From: a virus
IMG/VR virus record: IMGVR_UViG_3300027969_000001
Location: 94,715 to 158,714 of that record
DNA length: 64,000 nt
Strand: one strand, 5' to 3'
Part shown: piece by piece, positions 18,601-28,400 of the stretch
Position numbering within the stretch: position 1 is the stretch's first letter
Layout: each line of letters starts with the position of its first letter
Notes under the pieces: generated by a model
Databases searched by the model: none
Told to the model about the DNA's origin: nothing
Seen by the model: only the letters and a program-made list of their open reading frames with translations
Made by a program: the position numbers and the translations under genes

Positions 18601-21600
18601 AGAGTCGTGTCCAGTAGTTCGACCATTCGTCTGCGGCATGTCTTCACGAGCTATACCTATGTGTCCAGAGCAAAGAAGGTTATTCTCTGGGTTATAAAGC
18701 ATACATAGGTCTGCCTGATGTTTTTCTTTGTATTGACGCTTTGCCTCGGCAATCATTTCAGGACTTTTTAAATCTTCGTCAGAGTTAATTTTTTCAAATT
18801 CTGATTTAAATTTAAGCCATTCGGGGTGTTCGTTTTCAATTTGATTGGCTGCTTCTTGCTTAACAAGTTCTTCAAATTGTTTTTGAGCTTGCTCAGTAAG
18901 TCTTACATCTTCATGTTTTACCATCACATGATGACCTGCCATCATTAGCGCAAGAGCGTCCTCGACTTTATCTACTTCATATAGGTGTGAAGATTTTTCA
19001 CTTACAGACTTTTGACCAGACCTTCTGACGGTTCCACCAAAAAACGATGACAGCTCTTCTTCGGACATGGTTTCAATATCTTTGCCATTATCGGCTATTT
19101 TTTTAAAAGTTTCCAAAGCAGATTCAGCAATAGCTTTTTCTTTTTTCCCTCTTTCGGCTACCTGTTCAGCGGAGTCGGAGACACCAGAACTGAGTCTCCC
19201 AGCTCTTGCTGCTGGGTCCATACCGGCAAGTCTTTCAACTCTTCTACTACCACTAGAAACCTGAGGACCTACGCTGGATGCCCGCATGGTGCCGTCGGCA
19301 AGGAACTTTTCTAGGTCAGGTTCACGCATTCTCACCCTGACTCTTCTGTCAAATCCGTTATGCATCTGAAAGGCAGCGGTTTCCAGGTCTGAAATTATTT
19401 GCTCGTGAGACTGGGTCGAAAGTTTTTTAACAACAGCACTATCAAGTGATGAAATAGATAGCGCTTCGTGCTCGCCTGAACCAGAACCGGATATCACCTT
19501 ACGAAGTTCTACCGAACGGTCTTTTATTCTTCCGTTTCTTTGTGTAGTTCTTGCTTCCCGGGTCATTGCTGGTCCGAATACGTCGGAGTGGCCAGAAGAA
19601 AGTTTTCTAGCAACTTCCGACGCAGGACGGCCTCCTCTTTCTGCTGAAGTTTTACTTATAGATTCTAAATATGTTGGAAGCTCTGTTGGGGCTTCGCCAA
19701 ATACTCCACCCTTATCGACTACGTCAGAAAGAACTGTCCTGCTTGTTTCTTTAACAGAATCCGCATCGTCAGAGCGTGAGCCAGGAAGAGGGGAATCGTG
19801 TCTGGTTACTGCGTAGTTGTCTGCAAAGGTTTTAAGCTTTCTTGAAGCACCTTTACGCCATGCAGCATCATCAGTGCCCGATGCTATCGATGTAGCCATC
19901 GAATCAAGGACTTCAACGGTTCCTTTTTGCTCGGCAATTTCTATGCGAATAGTTCCGTCAGCTTCTCTTCCAACAATTCTAATTTTTCCTGGAGGCATAA
20001 CGACAGTTTGGTCTCCACTATCTCCAATATTGGGAAATATTCCCCTGTCTTTTGCTTTAGCAACAATAACTACGCGCTGTTTTACTTTTCCTGTTTCTTC
20101 ATTTATCTTGGTAGCTTCATCAATAACAGTTTTTTTCTGACCTTTAGAAATCACTCGGCCACTTAATAGTCCGTCGTTTTCTATCTCCCTACCTATGGAA
20201 ACTCCCGTGAAAATAGTAGGGTCAAATTCCATTACTGTTTCTATATCTAGCTGCTCTCCAAGTGAGGAAACTTCCATTGCCTCAAGTGTGGGAACTAGTA
20301 TGTTTTTGATTTGGTCATCGAAAGAAGCTTCACTACTAGATTTATCATCTATTGGAAGTGCAAGACGTTTTAATCGAGCATTTTTTCTGTTTGCAGCCCT
20401 ACCTACGGATATTTGCTTAGATGGCTCTAGCGCACCAGCTAACCCATCAGTATCGAATGTGCCCATCTCTTTAACGGCATCAGATTGTTCTTTTGTTATT
20501 TTTCTACGGAGCCGTGCTCTTTGCTTTTTACCCATATCTCGAGCTTCGGTAGCTGATGCTACTTTCCGTGATGCTCGTGGCTTAGGCGAAAGTACAGTTT
20601 CAACTTTCCCATCAAGCTCCATCAGGATTTGCGCAGTGGTTCTCTTATCGCCGGCGTCTTTTATAGATTTTGCATACTGGTTTCTGAGAAGGTCAAGTTC
20701 CTCTGCTTTATCCATGAGGTCTTTGTCTAGTGCTGCAATATCGACAACAGTTAATTCACCATCTGGAACGGTTTCTACGTCGGCTGGAACATAGGAAGCA
20801 ATTGAATTTTCTATATCTTTAATCAGTAATGAATGGTCAGCTATCTTGCGAACTAATTCTTTTTCTGACATCGAAGAAGCAAGTCCCTTTAGGTCATCAA
20901 GAGCTGCGGCCCTAGAAGCGGCCTCTATCTCTTCTGGAGCATAAAGACCGTGAGCATCTCTAACTTCTTTTACTCTCTCTTCAAATCTAGCCAACTCAGT
21001 TTTTGAACCAACGCCATGTTCTTTTCGCCATATTTTTTTGGCGTCTTCATACATTTTGTCGTAAAATTCAAATTCTTTTTGTGCAGAATCAAAAGCGGGA
21101 GAAGTTATGTCATCTATAGAATCCATTTTTGCTGAAGCATTATCACGCTGTGCTGCAACTAGTGCTGCGTTGTTTATCATGTCTTCTTCTGGGAGCTCCT
21201 TAAAAGCTTCACTGAAAGACTTAAGGGCTGCGCGTCGTTCTTCTGAGGTTCTTTCTCCAACTGAAATCAACTCTTCCGCCATGTCTTCCGCGGGCATATC
21301 CGGAACAGCGTCTCCAGATACGTCTGGAATAAAATCTCCACCAGCATCACCGCTTGGAATAATTGAAGAAACTATGGCTCTATCTTCAGCTGCCGCCCTC
21401 ATGGAGACATTGTCCATCCATTCAAGTGCTGCATCAATATCTTCGCCGTAAATTATTCCCTGTTCACGAAGCGCCCAAAGCTCTGCGCATACTTCTAGGG
21501 CCCAGTGCTCTCCGCCTTTTCTGTACACATCCCCTGGGTAGCTACCAGCAAGAGCTGATACAACTTCAATTCTGCTTAATGCTCCATTAAGTGCTTCAAT

Positions 21601-23562
21601 GTTTATATCATCAGCAACATCTATCATGATGTTGGGCCAGTCGTAGCTCGTTATCTGAGTAAAATCAGTAACAGTTCTGTATCTCCCCGTAAACATTCCC
21701 GTTTTTTTGTCATATTCCGGAATGCGGATTGAACCACCAGCCATTAGTTCTGCTTCAATATGGTCCATAAATGCTTGGTACTGAAGTGTGTGAGAAATTT
21801 CGTGGAATATCTGCTGGCGCATGTACGATTTTTCGCCATCAATCAAACCGGCCATACCTCGTGCCGTGTGGTCGGCGTTGACGAGGAAATCTGCAACTGT
21901 TGCCCGTGCTTCAGCGTCAGTAGAGGCTCCAACTGCAGCTACCGAAAGTCTTTGATTTGGGCGCAACGATGGAAGTAGTGACTCTTGCCCAGACATGCTG
22001 TTGTGCATGTTTAGGGAGATTATGTATTTTCCACCTACGTACCTTGTACTCATTTCGTCAGTGCTCGAGTTGTCATACTCCATGACGTTTGTGCGGCGCA
22101 TCGTTGTTGGGGATTTTACATACTGGTCCAGAAGTCCCTCTAGGACTGCGCGCTCAGTGCTGTAGTACCTAGATACGTCTGCTTTTAAAACAATATCTTG
22201 TTCTTCTTTAGTTAAGTCTCTCCATCCTTTTACGGACTGTAGTCTTGCTTGGCAAAACTGCTCAACTTCAACCGGAGTAAGCATTGCTCCATCGGCTCCA
22301 CCACGCTGATGAACGAGCCTTATGTCCCAACCAAGAGAGGGGTCAGAAGCCGCTAAAGCGCGAAGCGCATCAAACCCCTGCTTAAGGTCTTCATTTGTTG
22401 CTCGTGCAGTTTCACTTCTATCAACGCCGAGAGAATCAAGTATCGATGAAACACGGGCATCTGTTTGTAACATTCTGTCCTGTGCTCTTATTGCGCCATT
22501 CTTAAACCATCTCTGGTTTTCTGGCATCTCAATACTTCGCCAGTCAGGCGTGTCTACGCGTTCTCCAGTTATGGAGTCGTACCAGACAGTTCTTCCGAGT
22601 TTTGCCAAATAAGAAGGGCTCGGTATTTCGCCAGGAACCCTGTCTGCCATTGGGTCGTATCTTTGGGAGCTCCAGTTGCCGTTAAATACCCCATCAAAGA
22701 AACGTTGAGCAGTGGTTCTGGTCCCCTGTAGTTTCCCGTCAGCGGTGGCTGTTTGCGCCATTCTTGCAGCAAATCTACCGAACTTAGACGGACTAAAGCC
22801 AAAACAGTTTGTCCCATACATGTCCGTAAACTGATTTGCGGCCGGCGTCCCTGGAGGGCATCTGAACTTATTTAGCTCGTCTTTTATTACTCCAAATGCG
22901 GCAGCCGCACGTGAAGCCAGGTTTCCCCCGGGAATACTGGAGCCTATTCTTTCCCCAGGAAGAATCTTTACTTCGGGGTCGAGCTTGTTTCCTGTTTCGC
23001 GACGCTTTTCTCCAACTGTTAATCCAGAAGTTATTGAGAACGGGTTGACTACTCGTCCAGACTCTGGGACAATATCGTCAGTACGTGGATTGACATCGTA
23101 TACGGTTAGTTCTACGGATGGTTTTTTTATTATCTGATTTAGTTCGTCTTGAAAAGAACTTGACTTTGGCTCTTTATCAGCAAGCCAGCCAAAGTTTGGT
23201 TTTTCTTCCAAGCCATGAATACTTGAGTATGAAGGAAAAAGTTGAAGGTGTTTTCCTTCTTCCCATGTCTCGTCTGGCATGAATCTTTCGCCAGTAGGAA
23301 GAGATTCCATCCCAGGAATTGACCCGCCGCGCATGTCGCGCTTTTTGCCATCAGTATTATCTTTGTCTACGCCTCCACCAAGAGGAGTTCCATCAAGTGC
23401 TTTGATAGATATATCTGCGTATAGACGCTCAGTAGCAGAACTTATTGCAATTGATTTTCTGAACGAGACAGCAGTCTTGTTTATGTCTTTACAGCAAGAC
23501 GTAGGCACTATTAAGCGCGCAGATAATATTACTCGTTCACGGACTATTGAATCACCCGTCAT
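15625..23562 (-). CDS. 2645-aa polyvalent protein: zincin metallopeptidase, degenerate VIP2-like ADP-ribosyltransferase, ParB/Srx domain, split DUF3626-like domain
   Basis: HEISH (21790-21804) plus EVCAE; ART-like segment ~19930-20500; ILDGHHRWAA (~17941-17970); MPVSGYL..GDIEVVLK..NRTSY..FEAQILGG. Confidence 0.7.
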   Translation of the reverse strand: MTGDSIVRERVILSARLIVPTSCCKDINKTAVSFRKSIAISSATERLYADISIKALDGTPLGGGVDKDNTDGKKRDMRGGSIPGMESLPTGERFMPDETWEEGKHLQLFPSYSSIHGLEEKPNFGWLADKEPKSSSFQDELNQIIKKPSVELTVYDVNPRTDDIVPESGRVVNPFSITSGLTVGEKRRETGNKLDPEVKILPGERIGSSIPGGNLASRAAAAFGVIKDELNKFRCPPGTPAANQFTDMYGTNCFGFSPSKFGRFAARMAQTATADGKLQGTRTTAQRFFDGVFNGNWSSQRYDPMADRVPGEIPSPSYLAKLGRTVWYDSITGERVDTPDWRSIEMPENQRWFKNGAIRAQDRMLQTDARVSSILDSLGVDRSETARATNEDLKQGFDALRALAASDPSLGWDIRLVHQRGGADGAMLTPVEVEQFCQARLQSVKGWRDLTKEEQDIVLKADVSRYYSTERAVLEGLLDQYVKSPTTMRRTNVMEYDNSSTDEMSTRYVGGKYIISLNMHNSMSGQESLLPSLRPNQRLSVAAVGASTDAEARATVADFLVNADHTARGMAGLIDGEKSYMRQQIFHEISHTLQYQAFMDHIEAELMAGGSIRIPEYDKKTGMFTGRYRTVTDFTQITSYDWPNIMIDVADDINIEALNGALSRIEVVSALAGSYPGDVYRKGGEHWALEVCAELWALREQGIIYGEDIDAALEWMDNVSMRAAAEDRAIVSSIIPSGDAGGDFIPDVSGDAVPDMPAEDMAEELISVGERTSEERRAALKSFSEAFKELPEEDMINNAALVAAQRDNASAKMDSIDDITSPAFDSAQKEFEFYDKMYEDAKKIWRKEHGVGSKTELARFEERVKEVRDAHGLYAPEEIEAASRAAALDDLKGLASSMSEKELVRKIADHSLLIKDIENSIASYVPADVETVPDGELTVVDIAALDKDLMDKAEELDLLRNQYAKSIKDAGDKRTTAQILMELDGKVETVLSPKPRASRKVASATEARDMGKKQRARLRRKITKEQSDAVKEMGTFDTDGLAGALEPSKQISVGRAANRKNARLKRLALPIDDKSSSEASFDDQIKNILVPTLEAMEVSSLGEQLDIETVMEFDPTIFTGVSIGREIENDGLLSGRVISKGQKKTVIDEATKINEETGKVKQRVVIVAKAKDRGIFPNIGDSGDQTVVMPPGKIRIVGREADGTIRIEIAEQKGTVEVLDSMATSIASGTDDAAWRKGASRKLKTFADNYAVTRHDSPLPGSRSDDADSVKETSRTVLSDVVDKGGVFGEAPTELPTYLESISKTSAERGGRPASEVARKLSSGHSDVFGPAMTREARTTQRNGRIKDRSVELRKVISGSGSGEHEALSISSLDSAVVKKLSTQSHEQIISDLETAAFQMHNGFDRRVRVRMREPDLEKFLADGTMRASSVGPQVSSGSRRVERLAGMDPAARAGRLSSGVSDSAEQVAERGKKEKAIAESALETFKKIADNGKDIETMSEEELSSFFGGTVRRSGQKSVSEKSSHLYEVDKVEDALALMMAGHHVMVKHEDVRLTEQAQKQFEELVKQEAANQIENEHPEWLKFKSEFEKINSDEDLKSPEMIAEAKRQYKEKHQADLCMLYNPENNLLCSGHIGIAREDMPQTNGRTTGHDSVAIRMLKDGKAAGKWAPLGNKGDAVKQNIEIEQRYVAEIEKENQKLIADGKSAMTPQQQTAFVYKTIGEKHNTENELTKKTVAEHRATFLALPEDEKQWLYDNTNWQDVEVNLEMPFIEFLKEQIKTEDGRDGVITKAADPTTYQPSQRQLVASKVDSTNEDITKDVFKQVKKLEDSGLVRGTPEFKKAYDEAMSKLWFMSPILATEDKYILDGHHRWAAIIVANRSLPKELQLPLNVNEVQTDIVEGLTLGKVFQGEWGIKAAKLGVEDKWKVGTIDSISDEDIVSKAKVLEKDAPGLVDEMYAGGSFIKLGSVGLSRNPDYAARLSERQSIAYDRRLLSEASAARETAYNAAVIEEARLGSAPKTVEEKINKLSSGLSDALTGRGRGKAPIAGWDEGDTFGAEVARRLDGTPEAKAVHDAYEVYEGGKSYEDMYGEPFNADKQLTRELDAVKKASKKRESIVQAMLQEGWEKDKNAKKSSPQPVRIENGDLSGRSKRRAVNGAVNSALKKSNINSSYRRPIRDAIWESHRSAIQTYHYELDQLANDISRHSAPELAEIAIRDLHRRGEITESEMLSTIKNIQPGTMSVEEKTKIANAYKDASDAFMRVATVSKDAEKLSPTSQRTAGKFGRINKQRGWTSGPIAAKFSSGASVGMANEKLSREYYSRIGIPPDVSNETMPVSGYLVHKSHVDEKIRRATAANKGNVSNDAIFEIGDKDIVGDGLTSLGDIEVVLKSGVSNRTSYGRGEAMNTSHRPVKLNSINKHDILDATINAEGKNNKNNNMDATLHLMGAGMDGNFAHVNAGLSDDGKMAPVKKLDTADRKRVPFEAQILGGFDKDEVEQINYPYSKIKEMSSNVDISDVVNTKTISEKLRASGFSQEEIDYFYSLGGAGKMNSQNMQMLREYRAAQGVKDKFNKLGFNNIRIAHPDGINIENPRIIAKNVSPSANMESILRNEIMFDIQEQAEKALKEMRKGGKPELITNLRRPR

Positions 23563-23576
23563 GCCGGGGTCCCTTT

Positions 23577-25277
23577 TTAAAATTCGTCGTCGAGAGTGTC
23601 TTCGAGCAACTGGAACTCGACAAGTGCTGCCATGAATTCTGCTTCATTGAGTGAGTCGCCCTTCTCTTCCGTACCAGCTAGCCAGCTTGCTGGCACAAGA
23701 CTCTCAAGCTTGAGAGCGCGAGCGCGCTTCATGATGTGCTTCTTGGTCGCGTCTTTGTCTTTTGCTCGCCCAAATGCCTGAATAGCATTACGGAGGTCTG
23801 ACTCTTTAACGATTGGGTAAGAACCGTCAGGCATTGCTTCGCCTGTTTTGGCTAAGTCAAAACGTCTTGTCTCTGAAAAAGCTCTCTTGAGTGCGATTTC
23901 GGCTGCTTCTGCTTCAATTGAAGCAGCTTCATCCTGTTCATATTTGTCGTAACCCAAAATTTCTCCATCTAGTGCAACGAAAACGTCGTATGACTTCCCG
24001 TCGAATCCTTCAATCTCTACTGCGTAGGAATCAAAGCCTTCGAAAACGTCTGGTTCAACAGCAACAACATGACCGTCAATTGATTTGACTGCAATTTCAG
24101 CAGCTTCGGTAAAGTCGATTAGTTTGTAACCACCGAAGTCTGATTTTTGCTCAAACTCAGCGTTGTCAAGCTTATGGAAACCCATAACCTCAGCACTTGT
24201 TCCATCAATGAATACTTCTTTAACAGAACCATCTTTTGTCTGAACATCAACTACGAACATGTCAGCATCAGATGAGTAACCAGAATCGATAACGACCCCG
24301 TTAAACATCTTCTCTGCAAGACCTTCTACGTGAAGAATTCCTGGCATTCCCTTTTCCGCAACACAACCGCCTGGGCAGTCATCACAAACCGGAGTTGAGC
24401 TATTATAGCCCTTGCGCTCTAGGGCACAAACGTAACCCTTGGTTCCCATTTCTGCTTCATCAATTCCCATTGATTTAATTCTCATAGAACGAATTTCTTC
24501 CCACTCTGGGTCGTTGGCAGAGAATGACTTTTCAGCCATCATGTCGTCTTCTTCGTCATCCACTTCTTCGCCAGTTTCAGGCATTTGAAGTTTTTTCTTC
24601 TTGAGTGGCATGCCGTTTTCATCTTCTTCTTCTTCATCTATGCCGCCGTCGAGAGCATCTTCTGCGTCAGCCATGCCCTTCTTCTTAATAGGCATACCGT
24701 TTTCGTCTTCTTCGATTTCTTCGTCAGCTGGACCATCCGCTACATAAGCTGGGTCGACAACAAGGTTAGGGGTACCCTTCATGGCTCCGGTCTGACGTAC
24801 TGGGACTCGAGGCTTTCCCGAATCATTATCTCCATCATCCATGGTTGCATCAATCGGGTCACCAACGGTGTCTTCGTAATCGTCGTCCATTCGGTCATCT
24901 TCGCCGTAAGGGACTGTTTCTGCATCTGCAGGAATCGGTTCTTCGTCGTCTTCTGGTTTTGGTTCAAGCTTCATGTCCTCTTCAGGCATATCGTCTTCCA
25001 TGACAGGATTGCCTTCGGCGTCGAGAATAGGGTTACCGTTTTGGTCAAGCTTTGGCTTTTTCTTTGGAGCAGTAGCTCCAGCCATTGGCTGTTCTGGGAC
25101 AATGGATGCTGCAGGCTCTGCTGGGACCATCTTCATTTCCATCGGCATTGCTCCGCACTTAGCGCACAAATCTGCGCCCTTTTCAAAACCGCACTCACTT
25201 ACAGCAAGCGCTTTTGCGCATTTAAGCACGTTTCCATCACTGTCAATGTTGACGGTAGCCTTTTCATCGTAGCTCAT
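23577..25277 (-). CDS. acidic protein with Cys clusters, two PepSY-like domains and a C-terminal MPDGSYPI domain
   Basis: IDFTEAAEIAVKSIDGHVVAVE...YAVEI...GKSYDVFVALDGEILG (PepSY pattern, with a second copy upstream); AMPDGSYPI...DLRNAIQAFGR...HIMKRARAL. Confidence 0.65.
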   Translation of the reverse strand: MSYDEKATVNIDSDGNVLKCAKALAVSECGFEKGADLCAKCGAMPMEMKMVPAEPAASIVPEQPMAGATAPKKKPKLDQNGNPILDAEGNPVMEDDMPEEDMKLEPKPEDDEEPIPADAETVPYGEDDRMDDDYEDTVGDPIDATMDDGDNDSGKPRVPVRQTGAMKGTPNLVVDPAYVADGPADEEIEEDENGMPIKKKGMADAEDALDGGIDEEEEDENGMPLKKKKLQMPETGEEVDDEEDDMMAEKSFSANDPEWEEIRSMRIKSMGIDEAEMGTKGYVCALERKGYNSSTPVCDDCPGGCVAEKGMPGILHVEGLAEKMFNGVVIDSGYSSDADMFVVDVQTKDGSVKEVFIDGTSAEVMGFHKLDNAEFEQKSDFGGYKLIDFTEAAEIAVKSIDGHVVAVEPDVFEGFDSYAVEIEGFDGKSYDVFVALDGEILGYDKYEQDEAASIEAEAAEIALKRAFSETRRFDLAKTGEAMPDGSYPIVKESDLRNAIQAFGRAKDKDATKKHIMKRARALKLESLVPASWLAGTEEKGDSLNEAEFMAALVEFQLLEDTLDDEF

Positions 25278-25338
25278 AGAACTCCTGTGTTATCTGGGGA
25301 TGTCAAGTCGACACTGTCCAATAAATGTGTTTAATTAT

Positions 25339-25373
25339 AACCTATCATGAGGGTCTCCCATGACTTGCTACTA
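25339..25373 (-). promoter_or_regulatory. possible variant late promoter (TAGTAGCAA-N20-TAGGTT; TATAAT also adjacent)
   Basis: Partial match to the bipartite motif; spacer contains inverted repeat TCATGGG/CCCTCATGA. Confidence 0.35.
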
Positions 25374-25403
25374 ATTGACTGTTTTGCAACGGTCTTTTAT
25401 TAA

Positions 25404-28400
25404 CTAAACAGCTGTTGAATCAGAAATTACTCTCGTTCCATTTTTGTTTTTACCGTAAAGAGTTTTTCCATCTTTTTCTATACGCTCTCGCGCTGTACGA
25501 AGTTGTTCCGCACTGAAAATGTCATCTATGGAATAATTTGTTCCAAAAACTTCATTGAATCTATTTACAACACCCTGAAGCTCATTTGTTGAATATCGAG
25601 GGCTGTCGCCCTTCTTCGGAGAAAAAACTGGACCACGTGTAGCAGCCAGTTTAGGCAGCTCAGTATGTATGTCTTTTTTACCGATTATTGAATGAACAGT
25701 CTCTCTATTGGCTTTTGACTTTTCCACGCCACTCTTTTGAATGAATTCATTTAGGGCTTCGTACACAGCATGCTTGGAACGACTCAGCTCGGAATCAAGC
25801 TGTTGACCAGCTTTCCCTTCCGTCCAAATAGAAGAAGCATCAGGTATTACTCCCTTGCGAATCATTTCATCGATATAAGCGACGGGAACGCCTTTCTTTT
25901 CCCATTCAGCAGCATCACGCCTACTTCCAAGACCAACATTCTGACTACCAAAACTTTCAGCAATCACTTGACGGAGTTTTTCGTGCCAGTTATCGTTTTT
26001 GCTAATACCGAGGTGCTCCAGAAGGGGCTCTATTTTGAAATCCTGTCTAGATGTCTTGTCGGTTGCTATCTGCTCAGCAGTGACTGTTCCTGATGGAGTT
26101 AAGGATGCCCCAGACATTCCTTCCAGCATTAAATTATGTTCTGCTTCCGAGTCGCCATCAGTAGCACTATTCTTCTGGAATCGGCCCATTGCCTGAAACT
26201 TGGCAACAGGACTAACTTCCCCAAGAGAAGCGTATTCATCTGGCGTTATTGATTGTTGTTCTTCTTGGTCAAACCAGTGAGGGAATGCGTCTTTACCAAA
26301 AGTCTCAACAATGAATCGGTCTCGCATGCTGGCTCGGCCTATATTCTCGGCAAATACTTCTTCAGCGTTCCACTTTTTCTGCTTTGCTTCCGCCGAATCT
26401 ACTGGGGCAAAAAGCCTCCATGCTCCGAATTCTTTTTGCTTGCCGGTTTCGGCCAACATGTACCTGACTGCGTCATGGTTAATAGCTGCGCCATCTTTTT
26501 CCAACAACGCAGCGTCTCTTCTGCCAAGACCAAGCATGCTTGCTAACTCGGCATTGGTGATTGGACGAGTCTGTGAATGGAAAGACTCAGACAGTGAACC
26601 ACTATCGGTATAATCCCTAGTCCACTCTGTCGGAACACGAATGGCATCCTTGAGCTTGGATACTGGGAGCATCCATGTCTCAGCTGAAGGCTCTTGATTG
26701 CCACCATTTTGAGATATGTTTCCAATCTTAATTGATGGGCGCTCGCGCATTCTTTCAGAAATAGCATTAAGCGCATTATTCAGTGCTTTTTGTTTCTGGG
26801 CAGGGTCTGTTGAGTCGGAGTCAATATCAAGTGCTATGCCATTATCTCTAAAGCCCTTCCATATGCTCATTGATGTTTTTGTGATTGCTCTATTAGTGCC
26901 ACTATTTTTTGTAACGCTAGAGAACCCAGCAAGCTCTATGGGGTGCGCTAAACGTCGGGTGTCGCCTTCTGCACCAGACATGTCCTCGCCGGCATTACCG
27001 ACCGTACGAATACGCCTGGAGAGACGTCCACCAGCATTTGATGAAGCTGCACCACTGCTTAGTTTGGCAACGCTTCCTGAATCGCTTTCAGGGAAGTCAT
27101 TAATCCAGTCTAGTGAACCAAGTTCAAGCTGTTCTTCTGCTCTTGTAACGGCAACATAAGAAAGTCGGAGTTCCTGCTCGTCAGGCATAATCCATGTTTT
27201 CTTCTCTTTGTCCCACTTTGGTTTTCTAAAGTCTGACCAAATTTTTACTCTTGGAGACTCAAGACCCTTAGAGGTATGTGCTGTTTGAATATGCACGTAG
27301 TCGTCGCGATTTTCTGGCAGTTTTTTCTTGTCGGTAATAATCTTGCTGAGTGCTTCACGCAAGTCTGCAACAGAGTTCTCTGCAAGCAGCTTATTAAGCA
27401 TGTTTAATCTGTTGTTATCCCCGTCCTCTATGGCTTTTTTGAATTCTTCCATAGTAGTAATTCCGTCAAGGTCTTGACTTGGAGGTGGAGGAGTCTTGAC
27501 TTCTTTGCCAAATTCGTTGATGTAGAAAGGGTTGCCTTTTGCTTTGTTTTCCATCCAGTCAATGTTTTGGATAAAATTTTCTAAGTCTTTCTTAAAGTTC
27601 TTACTTCCATATACAGCGCCGCCCTTGCTGAAAACATCCATAGTTGCCGCAATGGCTCCACCGTTTGCACGAGTAAGAATCATTGTTGGTTTATCTATAG
27701 TTGTAATTACTCCATCTACAGGATTACCTGACTTGTCTGCTTTCTTTCCGGTCATGCGTTCTTTTGCACCAAGAAGCGATAGGAACTGGTTTCCTACTCC
27801 AGCAATTACTTTTCCAAATCTATAAGAATCTGTAATTGGCATGTCATATACGGATTTTGCATCATCTAAAGTTTTTCCATCAGCCCCTCGCCAGGCGTTG
27901 ATGGCCTGATTGGTATCGCCAATGTAAATTTTTTGAATATCGCCAGAGTTTGCCAGCATCTTTGCAAACACAGGGTTCATATCCTGTGCCTCGTCAACCA
28001 TGGCTATATTGGCTCCGGCTATTTTCCCAATGTCTGGGTCGGTTAGTGCCCATATTTTTGTTAAATGAGCGTTGTTCGTTGGCAACATTCCCTTTTTGCC
28101 ATCACGTGCAGTATTAATGTCTTCCCACATTTTCTTGGCATATCCGACCAACTCGGGAAGTATTTTTTCATCTTTCACTGCTAATGAACCATTGAAGGCA
28201 CCGGTAAAGTGCTGAGGGCCAACTTCCTTATCATCACTGATTACGAAAGCATCAATTGCCTTCTGTACTCTCTTGTAAACATCTATGGCACTGAGTTCAT
28301 CTGCTTCAGAAACCATACCCTTTATACCGAGATATGCGGCTCTATCTTTGTAAGACTTGATTGGGTCTATCCAGTTGACAGCATCAGCCTCGTAGCTTTT

